Both the position numbers and the translations under genes were made by a program. Of a stretch of DNA of 64,000 bases, positions 45,238-54,618 are shown piece after piece. The stretch is from a virus (taxonomy: Duplodnaviria > Caudoviricetes), in IMG/VR virus record IMGVR_UViG_3300006099_000007, positions 1 to 64,000 of that record; one strand, 5' to 3'. Numbering within the stretch: the first letter of the stretch is position 1; each line of letters begins with the position of its first letter. The notes under the pieces were generated by a model. That model made no database searches. It saw only the letters and a list, made by a program, of their open reading frames with translations, and was not told the origin of the DNA.

Positions 45238-45969
45238 ATGGGAAGAAAAATTAACATTAAGAAGCGGGAAACGCATGAAAAGACGCTGGAAATAGAACGG
45301 GGGGATGAAGGGGAAGTAAGGGCTGTGGGGAGGATTGTTTACACGGACAATCAGGAGGGCTGGAATGCCCGATGCCCGTCAATAGGGTCCGCTTATCCTG
45401 ATGATGCCGCTTTGAGGCTCAAAAAGATAAGCATGGAAGGAATGGAGGGGGATATGGTGAGGGTGACGCTCTATTACGAGTTGCCGCGGGAAACGTCTTT
45501 TGAATTCGGTGGAGGGGAGGAAGTGGAATATTCCATGGATTATTCCTGCTCTGAACAGCCGTTGCTGACGCATCCGGCCTTTCAGGATATAGACGGAGAA
45601 GAAAAAGATGCGTTGATGGCTATGGCGTCCGGGGCTTCTCCTAAAGATACGTTCGGGCAAGATGATAAGGTGATTGAGGATGCCGTGAAATCGGAGGCCG
45701 GGAAGAAGGCCATGGAAAAGATGCGTAAAGGGCAGGTTAGTTTTTTGTGTCCCGGAGGGGTTTTTTCCGTCACTTCTACCGTTCAGGCGTTGAGCATGGC
45801 CGGGGTTGGAAAAAAAGGGGCTCCGGGCAGCGGCGCGCCCGCAGTAAGCGGAAAATATAATTGGATCAAAGAGGGCGTGAGCGGCCGGAGGACGGGAACC
45901 GGGAATTGGCGTCAGACGGTTTCCTGGAGGTTGAGCGGGCCGGATGGCTGGGATTCTGATTTGTATTGA
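45238..45969 (+). CDS. Tail tip/distal tail protein
   Basis: Directly after the tape measure gene; homologue of 10979..11731. Confidence 0.55.
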   Translation: MGRKINIKKRETHEKTLEIERGDEGEVRAVGRIVYTDNQEGWNARCPSIGSAYPDDAALRLKKISMEGMEGDMVRVTLYYELPRETSFEFGGGEEVEYSMDYSCSEQPLLTHPAFQDIDGEEKDALMAMASGASPKDTFGQDDKVIEDAVKSEAGKKAMEKMRKGQVSFLCPGGVFSVTSTVQALSMAGVGKKGAPGSGAPAVSGKYNWIKEGVSGRRTGTGNWRQTVSWRLSGPDGWDSDLY

Positions 45970-45972
45970 CTT

Positions 45973-47835
45973 ATGATTAGCTGGCCGTTTTTTAATCAAG
46001 GGGAAGAGTTGAGCGCGTCTAAGTTGAGGCGTCTGGTTAAGGGGTGCCGGGAGCTGGAGCAGTTGGCTAAATCTTGCCGCTTGCAGAACGGGGTTGGTTA
46101 CACGTTTAACCGGGGGCTGGGCGGCACGTCATTAACCATAAGACCAACGGGGGGAAGGAACAAAGCAGGAGAAGGCGAGCCGTTTACGCTGAAGAGGCTG
46201 GAAAAGGGGGATGCGGGATATAAGGCGTATTTCTGGCCCGGCATGGTTTTTGAAGTGCATCCGGGAGGCGTGCGGCGCATTAAGCCGGAACTTAACGGGG
46301 AAAAGATGGATCAGGCGGAGGAACCGCCTTTTTTATCCGTTCAAGGAGGGGATAAGGTATTTTTGTATCTTGAGCGGAGCGCGGATAACCATGATTGCAT
46401 TACTTATGCGGAAGTGACGGCGGAGGAAATAGGGCTGGCGCGCGCGGTCAGAATTTATCTTGGGGAATTCAAGGAAGAAACGAATGAAGCCGGAGAAAAG
46501 ATCCTGAAGTATCATGAGGCGTGGAGCGGCCATGTCCATTACGCGCAAAGCTCATTGAATGAAGGTTGGAGGGTGGTAGTTGATACGGATGAAGAGGGCG
46601 CGCCGGATATGGCCTATGTGAAGAAGGGCGATATTTACATAGCCGGGCAACTGGCGCAGCGCGGCGGGGGCACCTGGGAGGTGGCACCGAAAGAAGAGGG
46701 GGAAATTTGGCTGGAAGTGAAATGCACCGGGGATGGCGTCATTAAAAGTGCGGAACTGAAAGAAACGAAAGGATCTTCCAAGCCGCTCCAGTATGTAGCG
46801 GAACCGGATGATGAAGAAGCCGAAGAGGAATTCACTTATTGCTTCCTTTTGGCGAAGGTGGAGAAGATTGAAGAACCCTTGCCGGAGGATGGTAATTTGC
46901 CGTCTCTGGTATCGGTAAAACAGTATGCCCTGGGAGCGGTTTATTGCGGGGTTGCTCCTGATGAATTGGGGTTGAAAGCCGGGAAGGGGATAGAGATTGT
47001 GGATTCAGCGGAAGAGCGGGAAAAAGAAATTGCCGCTCTTATCGAGGACGCAAAGGAACCTTCCAGCGGAGATTGTTCCCTGATTTATGAAGAAGAGGAA
47101 GGCGCGGGGGAGGGTGAAGAAGGCGGTGAAAAAGGGAACAAGGGAAAACCTTACAAATTCAAGCTTTTGTGTGCTTCTGATGATTCTGTGTTGCTCAAAG
47201 AAGAAGATGGACGCATTTATTTTTCCGCATCCGGTAAAATGCCGGAAGCGGGGGATGGTCTTGAATATGAAAAGCAGCAGAACGGAGAAGGAATGGAGGA
47301 AGAAACTGATATATTAAAAATAAAAATTGATTCCTCCGTAGGTTCCAGCGTGGATGATGGCGGGAAATGGCCGGTGAATTTGTCCGTATCTCCAGCCGGG
47401 CTAAAGGGGGAATTGGATTTGACTGTGGACACGCAGAAGCATGACGTGGGCGGAGGCTATAAAGTGGGCTTGTCTGCGGCGGACAGGGGTACTTTGTCTT
47501 TGGAAGTAACTCCCGGAACTCCGGAAGAATCATTGTCGTTCCGTGCTCCACTCCGTCAAAATGGGAAATATGTGATTCTGGATTATGAATCAAGTTGGTC
47601 TGATGCCGTCAACGGTGTGAAGGCAGGCCTGTTTCTGCGGAATAATAAATTGGCTGTGGAGCTGTACGCAGACACGGAGCCGGATGGCTCTGATAATCTT
47701 ATAAGCGATTCATGGACAGTGTTGGCTTGCGATAGCGACCACGCAATACGCCTGCACCGAGATGAAAACGGAAAAATCTATATCCAGCAGGGGGGCTGGG
47801 TTGTAACCTCCAAAATTTATACACCGATAAATTGA
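45973..47835 (+). CDS. Minor tail/fibre-like protein, acidic
   Basis: Longer homologue of 8190..9521. Confidence 0.5.
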   Translation: MISWPFFNQGEELSASKLRRLVKGCRELEQLAKSCRLQNGVGYTFNRGLGGTSLTIRPTGGRNKAGEGEPFTLKRLEKGDAGYKAYFWPGMVFEVHPGGVRRIKPELNGEKMDQAEEPPFLSVQGGDKVFLYLERSADNHDCITYAEVTAEEIGLARAVRIYLGEFKEETNEAGEKILKYHEAWSGHVHYAQSSLNEGWRVVVDTDEEGAPDMAYVKKGDIYIAGQLAQRGGGTWEVAPKEEGEIWLEVKCTGDGVIKSAELKETKGSSKPLQYVAEPDDEEAEEEFTYCFLLAKVEKIEEPLPEDGNLPSLVSVKQYALGAVYCGVAPDELGLKAGKGIEIVDSAEEREKEIAALIEDAKEPSSGDCSLIYEEEEGAGEGEEGGEKGNKGKPYKFKLLCASDDSVLLKEEDGRIYFSASGKMPEAGDGLEYEKQQNGEGMEEETDILKIKIDSSVGSSVDDGGKWPVNLSVSPAGLKGELDLTVDTQKHDVGGGYKVGLSAADRGTLSLEVTPGTPEESLSFRAPLRQNGKYVILDYESSWSDAVNGVKAGLFLRNNKLAVELYADTEPDGSDNLISDSWTVLACDSDHAIRLHRDENGKIYIQQGGWVVTSKIYTPIN

Positions 47836-47840
47836 TAAAA

Positions 47841-48614
47841 ATGAATTACGCAATATTCTGTTATAGAGAAGATTATAAATGCCTTGAATTGTGCGTTAAG
47901 CAAATTCGGCGGGCGGATTGTAATGCCAGAATTTATTTATTTGATGACGGGGCGCGCCCGTTAGAGCCGGGGCAGATACCCGCGGGGAAGGATGTGAGTT
48001 ACAAAGTGACGTATTTTCCCCGGCGTGGAAATTTGAATGGTCTGGAATGTGTGCGGGGCATCCTGGGCTGCATGCTGGATATACCGGGCAAAGAGCCTGT
48101 GGTGAAGATAGATGCAGATACCTTGCTTATGGATAAAGCTGAAATTGTCCGATCCCTGAAAGAGCGGAACAAGCTTGCCGGGGGCATGCAATGTGCCGAG
48201 CCTCTGGCGTGGAGCGGTTGTTGCTACTGGATGACCAGGGCCGCCATGAGGGATGCTCTGGAGCTATTGGCGCAAAGGGAATGGCCGGAGGGGAAGCAGA
48301 AGTACCCGGAAGATGTGACGATCTCTCAAATTGTGACTTATCTCTACGGGAGGGAAGGCGTAGATATGCTGGAGTTCCGCGGAGGGCGTCATTTAATCGG
48401 TGTACGGACATGTGATCCGTCCCTGCTGGTCAAGATTGCGGAAATTGCCAAGAGCGGGGTATGTGTCGCTCATTGCGGGCAGATGTCTTTTTACCGGCAA
48501 TTTCAAGAGCAATATGGGGAGACGCTGCGTGAAGCGTGCGCGCGGGTGATGTGGTGGATATTGCATGCTAGCGGTCCTGATTCCAAGACTTTTGAAAAAG
48601 CTCCTGAAGGGTAG
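47841..48614 (+). CDS. Glycosyltransferase, GT-A fold
   Basis: LFDD, KIDAD, SGCCYWMTR, PEDVTIS; homologue of 9526..10284. Confidence 0.7.
   Translation: MNYAIFCYREDYKCLELCVKQIRRADCNARIYLFDDGARPLEPGQIPAGKDVSYKVTYFPRRGNLNGLECVRGILGCMLDIPGKEPVVKIDADTLLMDKAEIVRSLKERNKLAGGMQCAEPLAWSGCCYWMTRAAMRDALELLAQREWPEGKQKYPEDVTISQIVTYLYGREGVDMLEFRGGRHLIGVRTCDPSLLVKIAEIAKSGVCVAHCGQMSFYRQFQEQYGETLREACARVMWWILHASGPDSKTFEKAPEG
48590..48613 (+). promoter_or_regulatory. Module-2 repeated motif, copy 4
   Basis: Exact 24-bp copy upstream of the fibre gene. Confidence 0.7.
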
Positions 48615-48615
48615 G

Positions 48616-50574
48616 ATGGAGCTTTATTTGGATATTGAGAGCGGGATTTTTCGGAACCGCACGGGTGATGAAAATATGAATTTGTGCGGGGTGCGTCTTG
48701 TCCGCAGGCAGGATGTGCCCGTGTCTTTATCCTTTTTGGGGCGTGAGCTTGAGGCCGGGCGCGTCACGTTGGCGGCCTATCATAAAAGTAACGGGCAGTT
48801 ATTGGCTTACCAGGAAGGGCAAATAACGGGCGGGACCGTGGAAATGGTGGTTGATTTTGATACACAGGAAATACGGGGGGCGGCCCGGGAAGCGGAGGGC
48901 AAAACTATAGAGGCGCGGGTGGCTGTGCTGGTGGAGACGGAGGAAGGGAAAGGTGTTTATCATTCTCTTCCGTTGAATTTCTATTTGGAGCCGGGGTTGA
49001 TAGGAGATGAGCATTTGCCGAATTCTGCCCGGCCGGAATGGGAAATGATGTATGAAACTGTGTTGGAAAGAGCCGAAGAAACGGAAGGTTATGCAGGTTC
49101 CGCTTTGGCCTCCAAAAGGGCCGCCGCCGCTTCCGAGGCCGCCGCCGGCACGTCCGCAACCAACGCGGCCCGTGACGCTAAGAGTGCCCATGAAGCTAAA
49201 ACGGCTGTGGAGTCGCTGGCTACCACTTGGCCGGAAACGGTCAGCAATGGAAAGCAACAGATTATTGAGGCCAAGAATGAGGCTGTTACTGCTATTCAGG
49301 ACAAGCAAGCCAATTCTGTTCTTGCCGTGGGGAGAGCACAAAAAACTGCTACGGATAAGATTTCCGGAGCGCAGGCGGGCGCCGTTTCCGCCGTTCAGGC
49401 GGCGGGAAAGGAAGCGCAAGGAACAATCACGCCCCTTGTCCAACGTGTCGAAACCGCTAAAGAGGCTATAGATCAGGCGGAGGGTCGCATCAATACGGCC
49501 GCGACTAATGCCGCGAATTCTGCCACTAGCGCGGGCAACTCTGCAACAGCGGCGGCTAATGCTCTGGCGGCTATTCCGCAGGTGGACGAATCCGGCAACA
49601 TGACGCTTCCCGGCAATATCACTGCCGCGGGAGGCACGTTTGACGGGACCGTCAACGCCAACGGCGGCATCAACATCCCGCTGGCCGTGGGGGCGCCGAC
49701 CAATGAATCCGGCGTTAATCGCCTGTACGCTTCCGGGCTGGCCGCCGTGACGGAGGCGTTTTCTCCTCAGAGTTTCCTTTCTGATTTTAATTTGTACGGC
49801 GAGAGCGTCGCCGTAGAACAGACGGTTCCCGGCCAGGTGTGGCGACTCCGCAAGATGTCCGCATATCCGGGAACAATTCAGATTAACCTGATAAATCCAT
49901 TTTTAGGAGTATCCAATTATTCTGGATGGAGCGGGTTTGTCCTGCCAGTCGCTTTGGGCAATACCGGCAGTACTGCCGCCCGCAAACTGACTTTCTCGTT
50001 GGGAAGGCCGGGAAATTTCGTCAAGAAGACGGCGGCGGAGATGGATATGTTCACGCTGTCTCCGGCCTCCGGTAGTACCGCGAGTTTCCCGCGGTTTGTT
50101 GATGTGACGTTTTACATGGTTAATGACGCGTCCATGAATCCGGCGGGTTATCCGGTGAGGGTGAGGGAACTCGTCTATGATTCCACTCAGGCCAAGTGGT
50201 TATGTTATGAAACGCTTTCCGTTTTCCCGTCCACCAATACCAACCCGTCCTGCAATATGTTTCTTTCTTATCAACAGGATAGGCCGGGCCGCGACGTCAG
50301 AGCGGGATTGTGGATTGGCTCTAATGCGGCGGATTCTCGCCGTTTGTTGTGCATTGCCGACATGCACGGCGTTGTTGACACGTTCTCCTGGACTGGCGTT
50401 GGGGCTTTGTATTGGGATAGCGACGGGACCAATACGCATAGTTATCTTGGAGCGATGCGGCAGATGACGGCTCCGGGGTATAACCAGCCTAATGGGGCTT
50501 ATGATGCGTTCCGGGCGTTGGAAACCCGGTTGATACAGTCAACCACCGTAACAGAATTTACACCTTATGAATAA
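48616..50574 (+). CDS. Tail fibre/receptor-binding protein
   Basis: N-terminal attachment domain, Ala-rich coiled coil, shared NANGG.NIPLAVGAPT motif, distinct C-terminus. Confidence 0.75.
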   Translation: MELYLDIESGIFRNRTGDENMNLCGVRLVRRQDVPVSLSFLGRELEAGRVTLAAYHKSNGQLLAYQEGQITGGTVEMVVDFDTQEIRGAAREAEGKTIEARVAVLVETEEGKGVYHSLPLNFYLEPGLIGDEHLPNSARPEWEMMYETVLERAEETEGYAGSALASKRAAAASEAAAGTSATNAARDAKSAHEAKTAVESLATTWPETVSNGKQQIIEAKNEAVTAIQDKQANSVLAVGRAQKTATDKISGAQAGAVSAVQAAGKEAQGTITPLVQRVETAKEAIDQAEGRINTAATNAANSATSAGNSATAAANALAAIPQVDESGNMTLPGNITAAGGTFDGTVNANGGINIPLAVGAPTNESGVNRLYASGLAAVTEAFSPQSFLSDFNLYGESVAVEQTVPGQVWRLRKMSAYPGTIQINLINPFLGVSNYSGWSGFVLPVALGNTGSTAARKLTFSLGRPGNFVKKTAAEMDMFTLSPASGSTASFPRFVDVTFYMVNDASMNPAGYPVRVRELVYDSTQAKWLCYETLSVFPSTNTNPSCNMFLSYQQDRPGRDVRAGLWIGSNAADSRRLLCIADMHGVVDTFSWTGVGALYWDSDGTNTHSYLGAMRQMTAPGYNQPNGAYDAFRALETRLIQSTTVTEFTPYE

Positions 50575-50986
50575 TTCAGAAATACAGATTCAGTTCCCCC
50601 GGCCCGGCAACTGGCAGGAATTCACCCTGACGCCCATTTACCGGGACGCGGGCGGTTATAGACCTCCGGCCCGCTTTAATCAGGACGATATACCCGCGGA
50701 TCAGGCTCCGGCCATGGAGGCCGTCGTTGCCGCGCTGGTTGGACTGGCGGAACCGTGGCTGGCGGTGCAGGTGTGGGCGCGGCTGAAAGAGTTTTACGCT
50801 CCGGAGGAGGATGACCCCATGCGGACGGTGGAAGCCGTGGATTTGACCGTGGAGGCCGTTAATCCCCACGGGGGACGCAGGGTGTTCACTGCCCGTGACT
50901 ACCCGGCTTTTATCCTGACCGACCTCGCCGCCGTGGCGTTTTTCAATTTCTTCACTACCCCTACCAATAACAACATAATCAAATGA
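50567..50986 (+). CDS. Fibre-associated protein (chaperone-like)
   Basis: Near-identical to 16654..17061. Confidence 0.55.
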   Translation: MNNSEIQIQFPRPGNWQEFTLTPIYRDAGGYRPPARFNQDDIPADQAPAMEAVVAALVGLAEPWLAVQVWARLKEFYAPEEDDPMRTVEAVDLTVEAVNPHGGRRVFTARDYPAFILTDLAAVAFFNFFTTPTNNNIIK

Positions 50987-51450
50987 CTACTAACAATCAA
51001 TGCAATCACGCGGAGGCAATAGCTAAGGACCTGTACCATACCTATGCCATCGCCAAGAACCTGTCCACGCATAGGCCGATGCTGGAATACGCTGACCTTT
51101 CGGACGATGATAAGGCCGGATGGCTGGCTGTTGCACATCAAGCGCTACCAACCATTGCAGAACATGCGATGGAAGATGTAAGGAGCTACCTCACCGGGCA
51201 GGCCAAGACCTCCACCGGCTGGAAGAAAGCCCTCTATTGGGCCGGGGTGGGTATTGTCGGCGCCATCCTTGGCGGTTTGGGAATGTCCCTCTCCGGCTGC
51301 GGGCACTCCGTGGACGTGACGCCGGAAAAGACGGTGGTCTGCAAAGACGGCTCCTGCCTCGTCATTGAGCAGGGGCATATCTCCTACAGTCAGGCCCAGC
51401 CGGAAACGGACGTTCCGCCCGTTGTTCAGATCGTACCTTCCAAGAAATAA
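50983..51450 (+). CDS. Putative lipoprotein (spanin-like)
   Basis: Hydrophobic helix plus lipobox LSGC; mature part matches 17054..17371. Confidence 0.5.
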   Translation: MTTNNQCNHAEAIAKDLYHTYAIAKNLSTHRPMLEYADLSDDDKAGWLAVAHQALPTIAEHAMEDVRSYLTGQAKTSTGWKKALYWAGVGIVGAILGGLGMSLSGCGHSVDVTPEKTVVCKDGSCLVIEQGHISYSQAQPETDVPPVVQIVPSKK

Positions 51451-51454
51451 GGCC

Positions 51455-51682
51455 ATGTGCAAACCCCTCAAGGAATATCTGGGAGTGATCCGCGATTATA
51501 CGCGTGAGATCGTCACTTTCGGCGGTTTTGTGATAGCCGTGTTCATCTACCTGGATTTCCGCGAGGTGGTGAAGGAACAGGCTACCAACGCGGCCCATAC
51601 GGCGGAGATCCTGCGGACGATGGATACCCGTCTCCAGCATTTGGAGAATTACCACCAGCAACAGCTTAAACAGCGAGATTAA
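51455..51682 (+). CDS. Holin-like single-TM protein
   Basis: One TM helix plus coiled coil, in the lysis cassette; not similar to 17376..17654. Confidence 0.45.
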   Translation: MCKPLKEYLGVIRDYTREIVTFGGFVIAVFIYLDFREVVKEQATNAAHTAEILRTMDTRLQHLENYHQQQLKQRD

Positions 51683-51685
51683 TTC

Positions 51686-51713
51686 CAACTGTAAAGTTTT
51701 TCTTACAAGTTCC
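51686..51713. repeat. 28-bp element, copy 2
   Basis: Identical to 17658..17685. Confidence 0.85.
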
Positions 51714-51751
51714 CTTTATCTCATAGCCAATAGTTTATAACTTAATTAACC

Positions 51752-51937
51752 ATGCCGGAACGATACCTTTATTTACTCGTCATTGAAACTCCCGGACGCA
51801 AGCAGGAGATGCACATGCTGCACAGCAGGAAGCAGCGTACAGCCTACAAAGCCCAACACGCGGAATGGCATCTCAACAGCACCTACGTGGAGTATGACTT
51901 GCCGGAACATCTTATTAACCAATACCTGAACAAATGA
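51752..51937 (+). CDS. Hypothetical protein
   Basis: 61 aa; ATGA overlap with the amidase start. Confidence 0.5.
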   Translation: MPERYLYLLVIETPGRKQEMHMLHSRKQRTAYKAQHAEWHLNSTYVEYDLPEHLINQYLNK

Positions 51938-52476
51938 ATATCGCTTTAGACATCGGACACGCCAAAGGAACCGGAGCTCGTGGAAACGGGCTGGAAGAGC
52001 ACGACGTGGCATGTGTGATAGCACGCCATCTTTTTGCGCAGTTGAAGGATATGGGACATACCGTCCATGTTCTTGACTTTCCGGACAAAGGCAATACGGA
52101 AGACCTGAACGCCACCATCAAGGTTGCCAATGCGGACGGATACGACTTCGGTATTTCCCTGCATTGCGATTGCGCCCATGACAGACAGAATGCCTGTGGC
52201 GCTCATGTATGCTTTTATCCTGGATCTGTTCAGGGAAGCCGCCTGGCCGCCTGTATCGCCGAGCCTCTGGCAGACCTTCTGCCGGGACGAGCCAATACGA
52301 TTCAAGCCCGGCCGGGGCTGGCCATCCTCAAGCAGACTCGTATGCCATGGGTATTGTGCGAATGCGGGTTTATCAGTAACGCCGGGGATGCGGATATCAT
52401 GAAGCATCATCCGGAGAGCATTGCCAACGCGATTGCCGAGGGCGTCCGGGATTTTACGGCGCAGGAGCTTGTTTAG
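51934..52476 (+). CDS. Endolysin, N-acetylmuramoyl-L-alanine amidase (Amidase_3)
   Basis: IALDIGH, LEEH, ISLHCD, LCECGFISN zinc-binding and catalytic motifs. Confidence 0.9.
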   Translation: MNIALDIGHAKGTGARGNGLEEHDVACVIARHLFAQLKDMGHTVHVLDFPDKGNTEDLNATIKVANADGYDFGISLHCDCAHDRQNACGAHVCFYPGSVQGSRLAACIAEPLADLLPGRANTIQARPGLAILKQTRMPWVLCECGFISNAGDADIMKHHPESIANAIAEGVRDFTAQELV

Positions 52477-52495
52477 TTGTTTTCCATTAGTTGTT

Positions 52496-52705
52496 ATGGG
52501 ATCTATTTTCAAACCTAAAGTGACACAGGCTCCGGCTCCGCCGGTAGTAGAAGAGCCGCTGAATCCGACGGCTACGGAGAAGTCTGTTTCCGATGCTTCG
52601 GAGGATGTTCAGACCAAAAGTAAGCGCAGGTTGAAGCTGTCCGATACGGTGAATAATCCGAATCTGTCCGGCGGTTTGTCCACGTTGCGCAAAACCCTGG
52701 GATAG
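52496..52705 (+). CDS. Small virion protein upstream of portal
   Basis: MGSIFKPK..APAPP pattern typical of the pre-portal gene in podophages. Confidence 0.55.
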   Translation: MGSIFKPKVTQAPAPPVVEEPLNPTATEKSVSDASEDVQTKSKRRLKLSDTVNNPNLSGGLSTLRKTLG

Positions 52706-52710
52706 CAGCC

Positions 52711-54360
52711 ATGGAGGTACGCGATTACATTTCCCTGGCAGATAATCTGCGCACGGAACGCGCCGCTTTTGAAGGCGGCTGGGATGAAATGCGCCGTATT
52801 ATCATGCCCAGGGCTACGGGCAACGCTTATCCCGACCGCGTACCTGATCACAGCGGTGGATTGGAGCATAGCGACGTCGCCAATAACAGCCTGAAGAAGC
52901 TGGCATCCGCCCATTTGACTTATATTACGCCTTTGGACAGGCGCTGGTTTACCTTGCGCCCGGTAGGTTTTAATAAGGATGGGAATCAGGCTTTGAATGA
53001 TTGGTACAGCAAGGTTACGGAGGTGATGGAGCGGGAACTTGCCGTTTCCAATTTTTATTCAGTGATTCATGAGGTTTACCTTGATCGCTGCCTGACGGGA
53101 ACCGGCTGCATGTTTGCCGAGATGAATATTAACAGGCAGCTGATTTTCCGGCACATTCCCACGGGAACTTACGCTATCGCGGAGTCGGAGTCAGGGGATG
53201 TTGATACGCTGGTGCGCTGGTTCCGGCTGACGGCTCACCAGGCGGCGCAGAAGTGGAAGGAGGAGGCTCTGGGCCCAAAAGTGCGGAGAGCGCTCAAGGA
53301 TGCCAGGAGACGCTATACGGATTCTTTCGAGTTTGTGCAATGCGTCCTGCCTAACCCGCAGGGCAAGCTGTTGTCCGACCATGTGCCGCCTGGCAAGAGA
53401 GCGTGGAAGGACGTCATTATTTCGTTGGACGATAAGAAGATTGTGTTTGAGAGCGGTTTTTTCGAATTTCCGTTTCTGGTGACGCGCTTTCTGCGCTGGG
53501 GAGACAGCCCCTACGGGGTGGGACCGGCATGGTTCGCGCGGCGCACGATCCGCATGGCTATCGACATGGAGAAGATTCTTTACACGCTGGGACAGACAAA
53601 GGCTTATCCGAGGCTTTTCCTGCTGGCAGAGCAGTATGGGGAGGTGGATTTGCGCGCCGGAGGCAGGACCGTCATTTCTCCGGAAGCGGCGGAACTTGGC
53701 TTGCCGCGCGAATGGGGCACACAAGGGGAGTATGATATCGGGCTGGAATACCTGCGGGGCCTGTACGCCAAGATTGAAGAGGCTTTTTACGTTCCCATGC
53801 TGGAAACCGTTTCCCGCATCGACCGCCAGATGACGGCTACGGAGGTGGCGGCCCGGGAAGCCGAGAAGGTGCTTGGGTTTACGCCTTCTTTTACGTTGTT
53901 TGTGAGCGATTTCAGGATGATGTGCCAGCGTATTATGGCCCTGTTGTACCGCGCCGGGAAACTTCCGGAGCCGGTTCAGGGCGTGTTTGAGGTCAACCGG
54001 CGGGGCGCTCCTACACGCCTGGCCGTCCCCCAGGTTCAGTTCATGGGCAAGATTGCCCAGGCGATTGCACGTACACAGACGGACGGCTTGATGACGGCTC
54101 TTGAGTCTATCGGCACTTTGTCGCAGATGACCGGCCGACCGGAGCTGCTGGATATTGTGAATCTCAATAAGGCCGGGGAATTGATTTACGATTCCAAGGG
54201 CGCCCCGATGGAGTGCAAGGCGACAGAGGATGAGGTGAAGGAGAAGGAGACTGAAAGGAAGAATCAGCAGGAAGCGGCCATACAGGCAGCCATTGCCGAA
54301 CAGTCCTCCGTGGCTAACAGGAATAATGCCCAGGCCCAGCAGGCTTTACAAACGACATGA
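52711..54360 (+). CDS. Head-to-tail connector (portal), T7 gp8-like
   Basis: 549 aa; RW F.L, FP..V.R......YG.GP, MTATEV...EK..LG motifs. Confidence 0.9.
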   Translation: MEVRDYISLADNLRTERAAFEGGWDEMRRIIMPRATGNAYPDRVPDHSGGLEHSDVANNSLKKLASAHLTYITPLDRRWFTLRPVGFNKDGNQALNDWYSKVTEVMERELAVSNFYSVIHEVYLDRCLTGTGCMFAEMNINRQLIFRHIPTGTYAIAESESGDVDTLVRWFRLTAHQAAQKWKEEALGPKVRRALKDARRRYTDSFEFVQCVLPNPQGKLLSDHVPPGKRAWKDVIISLDDKKIVFESGFFEFPFLVTRFLRWGDSPYGVGPAWFARRTIRMAIDMEKILYTLGQTKAYPRLFLLAEQYGEVDLRAGGRTVISPEAAELGLPREWGTQGEYDIGLEYLRGLYAKIEEAFYVPMLETVSRIDRQMTATEVAAREAEKVLGFTPSFTLFVSDFRMMCQRIMALLYRAGKLPEPVQGVFEVNRRGAPTRLAVPQVQFMGKIAQAIARTQTDGLMTALESIGTLSQMTGRPELLDIVNLNKAGELIYDSKGAPMECKATEDEVKEKETERKNQQEAAIQAAIAEQSSVANRNNAQAQQALQTT

Positions 54361-54608
54361 AGACAGACCCCACCAATAAGTACGAACAGTACATGAAGCG
54401 CCGCAGAAGGATTTTCCGGGAAGCATTCAGGAATCCGGAAGTCCTGGAGGAGCTGAAGAGACATTTCCAGACCGATCTTCCCTGTTTCCAGGGGAAGGCC
54501 GGTTCTTACGACCCCCTTGACGCTATGCGTCGAGACGCCTACCGCGAGGTGGTTTTGTTCATCGAAGCGGTCATGGGCAATCATTACGAACCAGAAGAAG
54601 AGATATAG
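54357..54608 (+). CDS. Small conserved podophage protein (Bbp19-like)
   Basis: F.NPEVLEELK...DP...R.AYREVV.FI between portal and scaffold. Confidence 0.6.
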   Translation: MKTDPTNKYEQYMKRRRRIFREAFRNPEVLEELKRHFQTDLPCFQGKAGSYDPLDAMRRDAYREVVLFIEAVMGNHYEPEEEI

Positions 54609-54618
54609 AAGAAGTACC

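Larger units (their letters stand above)
30845..52476 (+). mobile_element. Phage virion/lysis module 2 (lambda-like, homologous to module 1)
   Basis: Complete head-tail-fibre-lysis gene set; proteins align with module 1. Confidence 0.9.

Noticed and set aside
48565-48615. Upstream GTG/TTG start extensions in the ORF track (also 34965, 58361, 56823, 54517, 5489)
   Set aside because: The extensions run through regulatory motifs or terminators; downstream ATGs fit homologue alignment and RBS better.
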